Numbered from the stretch's first letter, positions 28,708-38,514 are shown. The stretch is DNA of 64,000 nt from a virus (IMGVR_UViG_3300042923_000502:32001-96000); one strand, 5' to 3'. Notes: a model not told the origin generated them from the sequence alone. Program-made: numbers and translations.

Positions 28708-29502
28708 ATGAAAAGTTTAAAAGAATTGTATGCGGTATTAAATGAAAACTTAGCAATGTACAAGCACAACAAAGTCGTGCTGGAAGATGTTAAAGTGCTG
28801 ATGCAAGAATACGGTATCTTTAGAGGTGAAACACAAAAGATTTTTACTAACAAAGTAACATTAGAATCGCTAGACAGAAGAGTTTTAATATTGCTTGTTG
28901 ACTCTTTACATCGTTCCACAAGAGAATATGGCTTAAATCCTTACGGATACTTTACTGACAAGGAAGTAAAGGATGCTAAAACTCAAGAAATAATCATTAA
29001 TAATGAAGCAAATCATTTCCCCGTGAAAATACATAATGTAATCAAAAAGGAAGAGAATAAATTTGTTGCATTTATTAATGCGAAAGAGTTAGTGAGACTT
29101 TACAATTTAAACCTATTAGGCTATAATTACAATATAACCAAGCAATATAAAATGGTTTTAAAGAATGGCACTTTTGTAAAAACGGTTGACATCAACTCAA
29201 AAGATGTTAAAGACATTGCGCAGAAGATTTTAAGAAATGTATATGATATGAAACCAATTGTTCTGAATGTAGTATTAGGAAGCGGAAAAGGCAAGGAGTT
29301 AACATTTGAAAGCAACGAACTGACGATTCACAAAAGTAATATAGAAATAATTAGCGGTCTTCATGATGTTAGCGCTCTTGCTAACATATTGGAAGAGGAT
29401 AGCGACTTGGAGATTAAAGTAGAGCTTGAAATTCTCCATTACAATGAATCTGATGCATTGGATTACTATAACAAATTAAGCTTAAAGGGTGGTGTAAACT
29501 AA
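28708..29502 (+). CDS. SPbeta YopQ-like (degenerate DndB/ParB-like) protein
   Basis: NPYGYFTDKEVKDA, LLGYNYNITK, IISGLH; lies directly upstream of an MrpR-like gene as in SPbeta. Confidence 0.55.
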   Translation: MKSLKELYAVLNENLAMYKHNKVVLEDVKVLMQEYGIFRGETQKIFTNKVTLESLDRRVLILLVDSLHRSTREYGLNPYGYFTDKEVKDAKTQEIIINNEANHFPVKIHNVIKKEENKFVAFINAKELVRLYNLNLLGYNYNITKQYKMVLKNGTFVKTVDINSKDVKDIAQKILRNVYDMKPIVLNVVLGSGKGKELTFESNELTIHKSNIEIISGLHDVSALANILEEDSDLEIKVELEILHYNESDALDYYNKLSLKGGVN

Positions 29503-30479
29503 TGGAAAGTTCAAAACTCTACAATCCAATTGTCAAGGAAGAGTTCTTGTCTCAGGATCATTTCTCAATTGAGACAAGAGATATTTATCGTAGAATATTT
29601 GTTAATAGCAAAGACAGCGAAACAATGTTAGGCAAAGACCTCTATGACTTTACCAGAGAAGAAATTGAAGAAGTTTTGCACAGCCTAAATCCGTTGACAC
29701 CAGCCATTTCTGCTTCTAATGGAAGAATTGTTTCTTCTTATATTAATTGGTGGATTACTTCAAATAATCTCAACAAAATCAATCCGTTGAATTCCGTAGG
29801 TGCAAATTGGTTTAACAAGTTTGTGGACAAGACAAAGAAAATCTACTTCTCTTACAAGGAAATTAAGGAAATCATGGACTTGAGTGAAAATGCACAAGAT
29901 GCCGTTATAGTTGGCATGTATTTTGAGAATATCTCTGGCAAGGATGGAAGCGAAATCAGAAACTTGCAAATTGGTGATATTGACCAAGAAAAGAATCTTG
30001 TTATTTTGCGCGAAGATGGGTCAAGCCCAAGAGTGCAAGAAATCAGTGAATCTTTGAAAAAATTAATGATAAGTGCTTACAAGCAGAACACATATATAAA
30101 GAAAAACGGAGAAATGATTGAGGTTGACAATATTAGAAACTATACTGATCTTGTGCGCAATCAATATATTGTTAGAAACTCTATAACAAGAACGGACTCA
30201 GATAATTCGGCGGTTCATTCATCATTAATTTACCGTAGATTGAAGATACTTAGTGAATCTTTCGGCTATCCATATTTGACGGGCAAAAACATAACAAGAT
30301 CAGCAATGATCTATTATGCTTATCAATTGTTGCAAAAAGAACACGTGCTTGGAAAGGAACAATATGAGAAGATTGCCAACAAATTTGGTTTGAAAAATTG
30401 GTACACCTTAAAAGACTTTTGCAACCTTGAGACAATTAATAAGTTATACAATGAAACCGCCGCAACATATAGTGCGTAA
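29502..30479 (+). CDS. MrpR (YopR)-like repressor with tyrosine-recombinase fold
   Basis: 325 aa; LYN..KEEFL, KDLYDFT.EEIE, ENAQDAVI..FENISGK..SEIRNL..DID, LTGKNI.RSAMIY; canonical catalytic R and HxxR not evident. Confidence 0.75.
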   Translation: MESSKLYNPIVKEEFLSQDHFSIETRDIYRRIFVNSKDSETMLGKDLYDFTREEIEEVLHSLNPLTPAISASNGRIVSSYINWWITSNNLNKINPLNSVGANWFNKFVDKTKKIYFSYKEIKEIMDLSENAQDAVIVGMYFENISGKDGSEIRNLQIGDIDQEKNLVILREDGSSPRVQEISESLKKLMISAYKQNTYIKKNGEMIEVDNIRNYTDLVRNQYIVRNSITRTDSDNSAVHSSLIYRRLKILSESFGYPYLTGKNITRSAMIYYAYQLLQKEHVLGKEQYEKIANKFGLKNWYTLKDFCNLETINKLYNETAATYSA

Positions 30480-30488
30480 AGAAACAAA

Positions 30489-30550
30489 ATAGAAACAGAA
30501 GCAAAGAAGGAGTTTTAATTAACAAATTCCTTTTTTGTTTCTGTTTCTAT
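30489..30550 (+). other. Long intergenic hairpin (terminator or processing site)
   Basis: ATAGAAACAGAAGCAAAGAAGGA / TCCTTTTTTGTTTCTGTTTCTAT with G-U pairs. Confidence 0.65.
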
Positions 30551-30709
30551 TCTCACAAAAGGGGATGATATAAATAGATGAATTCAGAAAAGTATAATTA
30601 TGGTAGTATAATATCTGAATGTAAGAAAAAGGAATTTTTCACATGTGACAATCTTATACATAAACGCGCAAAAAAATACCCGAATTTACTATTTTTGTCG
30701 GGATAAGCC

Positions 30710-30738
30710 TTGACAAACTATGGGTATTTACCTATACT
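30710..30738 (+). promoter_or_regulatory. sigmaA promoter
   Basis: TTGACA-17-TATACT. Confidence 0.75.
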
Positions 30739-30845
30739 AAGATGGTAAAGATGTTTACCCATTATTAACCACATAAATTGTTTTTGAAACAAAGATATTA
30801 AAATTTTTATGATTTATATCTTGTTATATAATAGGGAGGAATAAT

Positions 30846-31262
30846 ATGTATAGAAAAAAATATCAAGTTGCTCCATCTTTGCTTGAGGAATTTGATTTGA
30901 CAAAAGCTCAAGTCCCTTTGCTTTCTTTCCTTATCGAATCCCCTCAAGACCTAAATCTATTCCGAACAAAATTTTGGAATGGTCAACGTAACTCACAAAC
31001 CTCTGCCATATCGGATTTTCGTTTGTGGAAGATACAAAATAAAATAAAAAAACGACTATCTTTCACAAGATTCGAACGTTTGTTCGGGTGTGATGCTCAG
31101 TATGCACTTGAGAAGCTAACTCAAAGACCTGTAGGAGCAATTACCACAAATGCAATACTAAACGATATAAAGGAATCAAAATACCAATTGCATACAATAT
31201 TCGACATTTGTATGGACAATCCGCAATTGAGCATTAATAGAGTGCGTGTAGACGCACAATAA
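30846..31262 (+). CDS. Hypothetical protein
   Basis: RBS GGGAGG. Confidence 0.75.
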   Translation: MYRKKYQVAPSLLEEFDLTKAQVPLLSFLIESPQDLNLFRTKFWNGQRNSQTSAISDFRLWKIQNKIKKRLSFTRFERLFGCDAQYALEKLTQRPVGAITTNAILNDIKESKYQLHTIFDICMDNPQLSINRVRVDAQ

Positions 31263-31423
31263 ATAAAATCATTAATCATCTTAGGGGGTTCGGGTTTACT
31301 TATATCGTAGAGTAGACCCGATGCGGAAATTTTTTCAAAAAATGTATTGACAACACGGATATCGGGATGATATCTTTTAATTGTAAACAAACGCAAGATA
31401 AAATGAAAAGGAGTAACACATAA

Positions 31424-31633
31424 ATGACACAATACACAGAAGTATATGTAGAATGCAAAAAAGAATTGTTGGGAAGAAACGATGTCGTTCTGTTTGCGAA
31501 AGGCGAAAAGTACTTGGCTAGAGTATGGACGAATAGCGCTGTTGTAAAAGATGCAACCGGATGCTTTCGCTCTCTGTATGAATTGAAAAGCGACAAGTTT
31601 TACAAGGAGTATTTTGAACAAATACAAATGTAA
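31424..31633 (+). CDS. Hypothetical protein
   Basis: RBS AAGGAG; promoter TTGACA-18-TATCTT at 31347. Confidence 0.7.
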   Translation: MTQYTEVYVECKKELLGRNDVVLFAKGEKYLARVWTNSAVVKDATGCFRSLYELKSDKFYKEYFEQIQM

Positions 31634-31656
31634 GATAAAACAAAGGAGTGATAAAA

Positions 31657-32472
31657 ATGGGACTTACCTTAAATGAAAATGGTCTTATTATTGGTGTCGA
31701 TGTAGCAAAAAAAGTAGAAGAAAGAAAAGCTGGAGTCACTTCTTATCGTATGCACGTTGTCAATAAAATGAGTGGAGAAGGAGATTTTCAGAAATTAAAT
31801 CGTATTTTGCTTGAAGCAAATGATAGTCCGCTTAGAGTTAATGATGACTACTTTCTGGAAAATGGAATGACTATCATTGGGTGTGGTCACTTTGGAAGAG
31901 TGTTCGAATATATTGGAAGTGATGGATACGCATATGCAGTAAAAGTTGCAAGATATGATAGTCAATCATACTTAGAACATGATGGACAAATTTTGCACAA
32001 GTTGCAAGGAATTGACGGATACCCTAAATTGTTTTATTACATCGAAGGTAAAGCAGATTACTTGAGAAAATCATGGGGCAAACCAGAGTATGGCAAGGAA
32101 GAGTTCAATATTATGGTTTCAAGAAGAGTCAATGGATTCAGTATAAGAAACGCCATTGATATTGCGTATTGCCGCAAGGATTTTTTTAAAAAAGCATCTT
32201 TAGATATCTTGACACAAATGGAAGATACAATTAAAAAAACTTATGATCTTGGTTATTATCCAGACGATACTCACTCCGACAATGTTATGATTGACATGGA
32301 CAATGGAAACGCAGTAATTGTTGATGTAGGATATTTCAAGAAATTAAACAGCGATTTTAGTTTAGAGGAATCGTATATTACATCTAGATTAAAATATTCA
32401 AATATTCACATATTGTGTAAAATGGCAAATGAAAAAGATGTCAAATTCAATAGACTAGAGGTGTACAAATGA
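31657..32472 (+). CDS. Ser/Thr protein kinase-like protein 1
   Basis: IGCGHFGRVF (Gly loop), YAVK, DTHSDNVM, DVG. Confidence 0.8.
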   Translation: MGLTLNENGLIIGVDVAKKVEERKAGVTSYRMHVVNKMSGEGDFQKLNRILLEANDSPLRVNDDYFLENGMTIIGCGHFGRVFEYIGSDGYAYAVKVARYDSQSYLEHDGQILHKLQGIDGYPKLFYYIEGKADYLRKSWGKPEYGKEEFNIMVSRRVNGFSIRNAIDIAYCRKDFFKKASLDILTQMEDTIKKTYDLGYYPDDTHSDNVMIDMDNGNAVIVDVGYFKKLNSDFSLEESYITSRLKYSNIHILCKMANEKDVKFNRLEVYK

Positions 32473-33167
32473 GAGAAAAATTGATTTACTTCAAAATGAA
32501 GACAGTAAACAACATGGCAGAGAATGATTTGCAAAGACTGCTTGAAATTTTGATTGATGAAAAAGAGTATTCGATTTCCTACGACAATGTAAGACATTTT
32601 GAGAAAAATGGAATGAGAAGAATCGGATGGGGATCATTTGGGAATGTATTTGAATTCATCGGATCAGATGGATATAAATATGCAGTTAAAACTGGTAATG
32701 GTATTTGTGATGACGGAAAAAATCTTGAGAGGTTACAAGGCATCAAAGGATATCCAAAACTTTTTTCTTATGTAGAAGGTAAAACAGAATTTCATAATTT
32801 TTATATCATGATTTCTCAGATGATCAACGGATTTACATTGGAAAAAATAACAAACATGTTTAATAGAAATGAAGCCATGCTAGAGACATTCAAAGAAAAT
32901 GTGAATCATGATATTGTTGAAGTATTTAGAGATGAAATAGAATTAGCATATGATAGAAATGTACATGTCAAAGACATACACGCAGAAAATGTCATGTTCA
33001 ATATTGATGATGGATTGGCTTATATTGTAGACGTAGGAAATTATTGGGTCAGTGAAGATAAAATTAAACAGGAGTATCGTTGTGATTGGGAAAGTTTTTA
33101 TCAAGGTTGCAGACTCCACTTGCTAGAAAAATACGTAGAAAATAAATATGCAAAGGTGGTAATTTAA
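32469..33167 (+). CDS. Ser/Thr protein kinase-like protein 2
   Basis: IGWGSFGNVF, YAVK, HVKDIHAENVM, DVG; paralog of previous gene. Confidence 0.8.
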   Translation: MREKLIYFKMKTVNNMAENDLQRLLEILIDEKEYSISYDNVRHFEKNGMRRIGWGSFGNVFEFIGSDGYKYAVKTGNGICDDGKNLERLQGIKGYPKLFSYVEGKTEFHNFYIMISQMINGFTLEKITNMFNRNEAMLETFKENVNHDIVEVFRDEIELAYDRNVHVKDIHAENVMFNIDDGLAYIVDVGNYWVSEDKIKQEYRCDWESFYQGCRLHLLEKYVENKYAKVVI

Positions 33168-33168
33168 A

Positions 33169-33402
33169 ATGACCAAGAACAATAATGAAGTTGAAGTTTC
33201 AATAAGTTTAAAGGCGACCATTCAAATTTCAGAACAAATGAAAGATAAAGCAAAAGCACTAAATCCTTATGCATACAATCAATACGAATATGACGATGAA
33301 GCAGTAGCTCTGATTTTGTTCTACGGAATGATGGACAAAATTTTAAGAAAAGGATTGGATATGGGAGAATTCATCTCTGATATTGCCGTAGGTACTATAT
33401 AA
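33169..33402 (+). CDS. Hypothetical protein
   Basis: RBS AAGGTGG. Confidence 0.65.
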   Translation: MTKNNNEVEVSISLKATIQISEQMKDKAKALNPYAYNQYEYDDEAVALILFYGMMDKILRKGLDMGEFISDIAVGTI

Positions 33403-33535
33403 CAAAAATCTTAAAATGTACCAACTTGATCAGAGATAATATCATAACATAAATTCAGAAAAAAGTCAATAACAAAAACTCTGAGTTAAAACAAAATACA
33501 TCTTACATCACGGCAAAAACTTGATCAATTCGGTA

Positions 33536-33564
33536 TTGACTTTTATACAAATACAATATAAAAT
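33536..33564 (+). promoter_or_regulatory. sigmaA promoter
   Basis: TTGACT-17-TAAAAT. Confidence 0.65.
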
Positions 33565-33599
33565 GAAAATATAACAAACGAAGGGAAAGTGACCGATCA

Positions 33600-34058
33600 A
33601 TGACAACTATTAAACAAACCATCACGGAAGACATCGTGAAAGCAATAAAAGAGGGAGACAATAAGAAACGTGACCTCCTTCGTATGGCAATTGACAAAGT
33701 TCAGAAAGAAGAGAAAACGCTTAAACGCGACATCACAAATGAAGAAGCTTCCACTTTGCTTTACAAGTTCGCGGATCAATTGCAAGAAGAAGCAACCGCA
33801 AATTTGGATGCCGGAAAAGTGGTGAAGCACGATGATTTGATCAAGGATATCGTCCTTTTGAAAAGTTATCTATTGCCTAAACCAACTCTTATGAACGAAG
33901 AAGAGATTAAACATGTAATCTCTACCGCAATTAGCCAACTTGAAGGTCAAGGCGTTGCTCCAAACAAAGGCAATCTTATTAAATTGGTTATGCCAATGGT
34001 TAAAGGCAAAGCCGACAACAAGCTTGTTGTTGAAGTCATCGTAAACATTTTGAATTAA
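33600..34058 (+). CDS. GatB/YqeY domain protein
   Basis: AIKEGD.KKRDLLRM...YLLPK..MNEEEI...KGKADNKLV. Confidence 0.85.
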   Translation: MTTIKQTITEDIVKAIKEGDNKKRDLLRMAIDKVQKEEKTLKRDITNEEASTLLYKFADQLQEEATANLDAGKVVKHDDLIKDIVLLKSYLLPKPTLMNEEEIKHVISTAISQLEGQGVAPNKGNLIKLVMPMVKGKADNKLVVEVIVNILN

Positions 34059-34065
34059 CGACAAC

Positions 34066-34184
34066 CCGACAGGTTACAAAAGTTTAGCTAATTAATATAG
34101 TATTACTGACTCTGTTAAATTATTAAGTATTTTAATAAAGTCTGTAATTATATATTAATTAGCGCAAAAAATGTAACCTGTCGG
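34066..34184. other. 119-nt inverted repeat upstream of pnuC
   Basis: CCGACAGGTTACA/TGTAACCTGTCGG and GCTAATTAATATA/TATATTAATTAGC nested stems. Confidence 0.8.
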
Positions 34185-34214
34185 AAAACCAAAAATAACT
34201 GGAGGTCATTTGAA

Positions 34215-34991
34215 ATGACACTTAATAAGGTACACGTTACTATTGCAAGCATCCTATTCTTTATCGTTGGATACTTCACATCATCTTCAACAATTGAAAT
34301 TGTATCTGCGGTATCCGGTTTACTTTGTGTATGGCTTGCGGCGAAAGAGAGTATATGGAGTTATCCTATTGGATTCGTCAATATAGCGGCATTCATGTAT
34401 ATATTTTGGGGTGCTGGATTGTATGCCGATTTTACATTGCAAATTCTATTCGCCGCATTAAGTGCTTATGGTTGGGTTTATTGGCTTAAAGGTAAAGGCA
34501 ATCACACCGTAAAGCCTACAAAGCGTGTAACGACTTCAGAAATTATTTTGTATATCGTAATTACAATTGTAGGCACGTTCCTATGGGCTAACTTCAACCT
34601 TATGGTATTCCATGGTGTAGCGCTTCCTTACTTTGACGCTTTTGTAGCAATCCTAAGTGTCATTGCTCAAATCATGCTTTCGCGTAAACGGCTTGAGAAT
34701 TGGTATGTATGGATTGTGGTAGATGTACTATCTATTTGGATGTATTGGTACAAAGACTTGCACCTCTTATCGTTGTTGTACGTATTCTTCCTTGTCAATG
34801 CGGTCTATGGATTAATTGCATGGAAAAGCGAGTTCAGAAAATTGCAAGAGGAACGAATGATAAATAAAATGATTAAGAATCAAAAGTATATTGAAGAACA
34901 AACTCCATGGGTTAAATTCATTACAGAACATCAAGGAACATATTACACTACCGATGATCCAGAAAATCCGTTTAACAAAGGTGGCAAATAA
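34215..34991 (+). CDS. pnuC: Nicotinamide riboside transporter PnuC
   Basis: Multi-TM; LCVWLAAKE, YGWVYW, PYFDAF, AQIMLSRKRLENWYVWIVVD. Confidence 0.92.
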   Translation: MTLNKVHVTIASILFFIVGYFTSSSTIEIVSAVSGLLCVWLAAKESIWSYPIGFVNIAAFMYIFWGAGLYADFTLQILFAALSAYGWVYWLKGKGNHTVKPTKRVTTSEIILYIVITIVGTFLWANFNLMVFHGVALPYFDAFVAILSVIAQIMLSRKRLENWYVWIVVDVLSIWMYWYKDLHLLSLLYVFFLVNAVYGLIAWKSEFRKLQEERMINKMIKNQKYIEEQTPWVKFITEHQGTYYTTDDPENPFNKGGK

Positions 34992-34992
34992 C

Positions 34993-36033
34993 ATGAAGAC
35001 AGGACTTATTCTTGGCAAGTTCATGCCCTTACACAAAGGGCATGAATACTTAATAAATTACGGATTGAATAATTGTGATATACTCCATGTCGTTATTTGT
35101 AGCATATCGAAAGAACCAATTGATGGTGATTTGCGTCATAGTTGGATAGAGAAAGCTTTCATTGATGAAATTTGTGAAGGCAAGCTAATTCTTCATCATC
35201 TTGAAGAAGATTGGATGCCACAAGAACCAAGCGATTGCGTGTCGGAAGATGCATTCTTTGGATGTTGGGCTGGTGTCATGGAAGGACTTTGCAAGACTAA
35301 ATTTGACTACATGTTTGCATCGGAAATGTATGTACATCGTGTATCTCAAGAGCTTGGATGCGAACCAGTGCTTGTTGATCTTGCAAGAGATACGGTTCCA
35401 ATTAGTGGAACTATGATTCGTGAAAATCCTATTGAAAATTGGAAATTCATGAGTAAACATGTGGCAAGTTACTTTGCCAAGAAAGTGTTGATCATTGGCG
35501 GTGAAAGCACAGGTAAGTCAACCATGACTAGAATGCTTGATCAACACTATACGGAAAGAGGTTATCTCGCTTTTGGCGTTCAAGAATATGCAAGATACTT
35601 TATTGACATGGTACACGATGGGAACATGGACTACTTAACTTTTGATGATATTACTCATTTTGGTCAAGCTCAAATGAGTGAAGTTAATAGCAATGTAAGA
35701 GTTGGATTTCAAGTCGTTTTCTCAGATACTGATGCTATTGTATCCAAAGTGTTTCAACAAACATATTACGGTAAAACATCACCTGAGCTTGATGAAGTCA
35801 TTGACAAGGAAGAATGGGACTTGGTTCTATTCCTTGAAAACGATGTGCCATGGGTTGATGATGGTCAACGTAATCTTGGTGAAAAGAAGCAAAGAGATGA
35901 ATTTCAGCACAAGCTTTATGTTGAAGTCTATAACAAAAAGAAAATGCGTAATGTCGTATTTATTAATGGGAATTGGGATCAGCGTTTTGAAAAGGCAAAA
36001 AAAGCTGTTGACAAAATGCTCGGACTAATGTAA
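34993..36033 (+). CDS. nadR: NadR-type NMN adenylyltransferase / nicotinamide riboside kinase (no HTH)
   Basis: GKFMPLHKGH, ISGTMIR, GGESTGKST, EYAR, DTD, PWVDDGQR. Confidence 0.9.
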   Translation: MKTGLILGKFMPLHKGHEYLINYGLNNCDILHVVICSISKEPIDGDLRHSWIEKAFIDEICEGKLILHHLEEDWMPQEPSDCVSEDAFFGCWAGVMEGLCKTKFDYMFASEMYVHRVSQELGCEPVLVDLARDTVPISGTMIRENPIENWKFMSKHVASYFAKKVLIIGGESTGKSTMTRMLDQHYTERGYLAFGVQEYARYFIDMVHDGNMDYLTFDDITHFGQAQMSEVNSNVRVGFQVVFSDTDAIVSKVFQQTYYGKTSPELDEVIDKEEWDLVLFLENDVPWVDDGQRNLGEKKQRDEFQHKLYVEVYNKKKMRNVVFINGNWDQRFEKAKKAVDKMLGLM

Positions 36034-36058
36034 GATAAAATAAAAGAGGTGATACAAA

Positions 36059-36403
36059 ATGGGAAAGAAAGGTGATATTAGAGTTGGTGCTGAAGAAAGA
36101 CATAAAATACCGAATTCAGAAGTTAGAGGTTATCTTAACCAGTTAAAAAAAGAGGAAAAGCAAAAAGACTCAAGAAGTTTGGAGATATTAAATGCACAAA
36201 TAGCAACATCATCCGATGCATTTGGTAGTTTGGTACTTTCATCAATCATTGGACTTATAGTGACTCATTATTATCCAAATTTTAATAGTGGTATATATTG
36301 GGTTGGACTGTTTCTAACTACAGGCTTTATAAATTCATTTAAGTTAAATCGGAAAAAGGTTTTAAGAGACGACTACATTCCAAGTTGGAAAAAGGAGAGA
36401 TAA
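36059..36403 (+). CDS. Membrane protein, hypothetical
   Basis: Two hydrophobic segments; RBS GAGGTGA. Confidence 0.7.
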   Translation: MGKKGDIRVGAEERHKIPNSEVRGYLNQLKKEEKQKDSRSLEILNAQIATSSDAFGSLVLSSIIGLIVTHYYPNFNSGIYWVGLFLTTGFINSFKLNRKKVLRDDYIPSWKKER

Positions 36404-36576
36404 ATTATGAATAAAGATATCGCAGTTACGGTTAGAAGAGTGTTGGTTGGACTTATTATGACTATTTTAATGTTTGATGGATATGACAAAGACACAAGTT
36501 ATTTTTGGGCATCGTACATGGTGCTTTGTGCATTGTTAGAAGGAATTTTATTTAATATTAACGGAGGAAATAAGAA

Positions 36577-36822
36577 ATGACAACATTGACAATACAACAA
36601 AAGGTAAAAAGTGTAGTAGGAAAGATCAAAGGCATTCCAGCAAAAGAAGTAAGTATTAAGGATTCATTTGAAAATCTTGAATTTGACGGATTTGATATGG
36701 ACGAAATGGTTGAAGTTCTATCAGATTATTATGACATTGATCTTGGAGTAGAATTTGACTACACAAGGCATACACATGTTGGACATGTGGTTAAGTTGGT
36801 AGAAAAGCTATCTAATTGGTGA
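36577..36822 (+). CDS. Acyl-carrier-protein-like protein lacking the phosphopantetheine Ser
   Basis: ACP-like pattern (SF..LEFDGFD..EMV..L...YDID...VGHVV) but DGF in place of DSL. Confidence 0.65.
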   Translation: MTTLTIQQKVKSVVGKIKGIPAKEVSIKDSFENLEFDGFDMDEMVEVLSDYYDIDLGVEFDYTRHTHVGHVVKLVEKLSNW

Positions 36823-36857
36823 TAACAAGTGTAAGATAAAATGAAGGTGGTGACAAT

Positions 36858-37109
36858 ATGTTTTTGTTGATGTGGGGATTGTCGATTATTATATCATTTT
36901 TTATTTTAAGAAAGGCAGTTAATATACAAAATAATTTTTTTGAAAATGATCTTGGATTTCTTATTACGATTATAATTCTATGCATTCTTCCTTTCGTAAA
37001 CATACTCATTTCTCTTGGACTACTCGTAGCAACAATTATTGATGAAAATAATTATGATGTTAATGATGTTGTAAAAATCATTTTCTTCATTAAGAAGGAG
37101 AAAAAATAA
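36858..37109 (+). CDS. Membrane protein, hypothetical
   Basis: Hydrophobic; RBS AAGGTGG. Confidence 0.65.
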   Translation: MFLLMWGLSIIISFFILRKAVNIQNNFFENDLGFLITIIILCILPFVNILISLGLLVATIIDENNYDVNDVVKIIFFIKKEKK

Positions 37110-37372
37110 TGGCATTGCATACTTTTAATTTAACCATGAGAAATACAAACAAAAGAACTATTTTCCATGATTCTCTTATCACACACGGAAGACAGCGTTT
37201 GAACTTTCGTTTCCAAAGGAAAAGATTTGAAAAAATTTCTCAAATTCGTCAAGTCAGAGAATTTGATCGTAAAAGTAAAATGTTCCTTCGAATTGAAATA
37301 CAAAAGGTGATTTATCCACGCAAAGACATTCGCAAGAGTAGACCAAGTAAATTCATGTATAGGGAAGTCTAG
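37109..37372 (+). CDS. Basic hypothetical protein
   Basis: R/K-rich; RBS AAGGAG. Confidence 0.7.
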   Translation: MALHTFNLTMRNTNKRTIFHDSLITHGRQRLNFRFQRKRFEKISQIRQVREFDRKSKMFLRIEIQKVIYPRKDIRKSRPSKFMYREV

Positions 37373-37407
37373 TACTCCCTATACATATCCCAAAAGGAGG
37401 AATAGTA

Positions 37408-38514
37408 GTGTTAAACTTTTTTACAAAAGAAGATTACATGAAGTACGTTGAACAAGGATACATTTCACGCAAAGAACATCCAGAAGATTCTAATGTTGTA
37501 ATATTGAACTATACGGAACAAACGGTATTTGAACGCAAATGGAATGGCATCACACTTCAATGTCGCGGTTTGATCTTAAATGAAGCAACAGGAGAGGTGT
37601 TGGCTAGACCTTTTCCTAAATTTTTCAATTACGGTGAAACAAGCGGATTGAATGTTTCTATCCCACAATCACAACCAGAGATTACTATTAAACATGACGG
37701 TAGCCTTGGTATCATGTATCGCTTAAATGGCAAGATTCGATGGGCTACAAGGGGCAGTTTTGTTTCGGATCAAGCTAAGATTGCACAGGAAATTTGGGAT
37801 CAAGAATACTCTCAGTATGAAAATGTTGTACCAAATGAAATCACATTATTGGCGGAAATTATTCATCCATTAACAAGAGTTGTTGTTGACTACAATGGTC
37901 TTGAAGATTTGATTTTAATTGGAATGACCAATAGATTTACTGGTTCTGATTATAATCATATGCATCTCAATGCTTTTGTAGGAAGCCAAGTTCCTATGCC
38001 AGTGACAGATAAGGTAAAAGGAAGTTTGCAAGAAATATTAAATGTTGCAAAAACACTTAATCACAATGAAGAAGGATTTGTATTGTCTTGGGATGATCCA
38101 AGCGGAGGAAATAAAATCTATCGTCTAAAAGTGAAGGGAAATAAATACCTTGAAGTTCATCGTATCATTCATGGCATGAGCTTGAAACAAAAAGTTGAGT
38201 CGTGGGCTAATGGTAACTTGATTGACTATATTAAATCTCTTCCAGAAGAATTCCGTCCAGAGATTGAGGATACAGCATTTAAATGTGAAAGTATTTTAAT
38301 CGACATTCTCCAAGATGTTTACAAGTATTATCAAATAGCGGAGAAACGAGGACGTAAAAATTACGCTCTTTGGATGCAAAAGAATGCTCCTACACATCTT
38401 CATGGATTTTTATGGCTTTTGTATGATGGAGAAATCATACAAATGAATGATAAAATGAAACAATATATTGTTAAAAACTATAGAGAATTGATTGGAGGAA
38501 ACAACAATGGGTAA
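37408..38514 (+). CDS. T4 Rnl1-family RNA ligase
   Basis: CRGLI, RPFPKFFN, KHDGS (motif I), ATRGSF, EGFVL, LKVK. Confidence 0.9.
   Translation: MLNFFTKEDYMKYVEQGYISRKEHPEDSNVVILNYTEQTVFERKWNGITLQCRGLILNEATGEVLARPFPKFFNYGETSGLNVSIPQSQPEITIKHDGSLGIMYRLNGKIRWATRGSFVSDQAKIAQEIWDQEYSQYENVVPNEITLLAEIIHPLTRVVVDYNGLEDLILIGMTNRFTGSDYNHMHLNAFVGSQVPMPVTDKVKGSLQEILNVAKTLNHNEEGFVLSWDDPSGGNKIYRLKVKGNKYLEVHRIIHGMSLKQKVESWANGNLIDYIKSLPEEFRPEIEDTAFKCESILIDILQDVYKYYQIAEKRGRKNYALWMQKNAPTHLHGFLWLLYDGEIIQMNDKMKQYIVKNYRELIGGNNNG

Noticed and set aside
29502-30479. Active integrase / integron integrase for the hairpin array
   Set aside because: Catalytic Arg and HxxR motifs are not evident; size and context fit the MrpR repressor.
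34066-34214. Known NAD+ riboswitch upstream of pnuC
   Set aside because: It is a simple long inverted repeat; I could not match known NAD+ riboswitch consensus features by eye.
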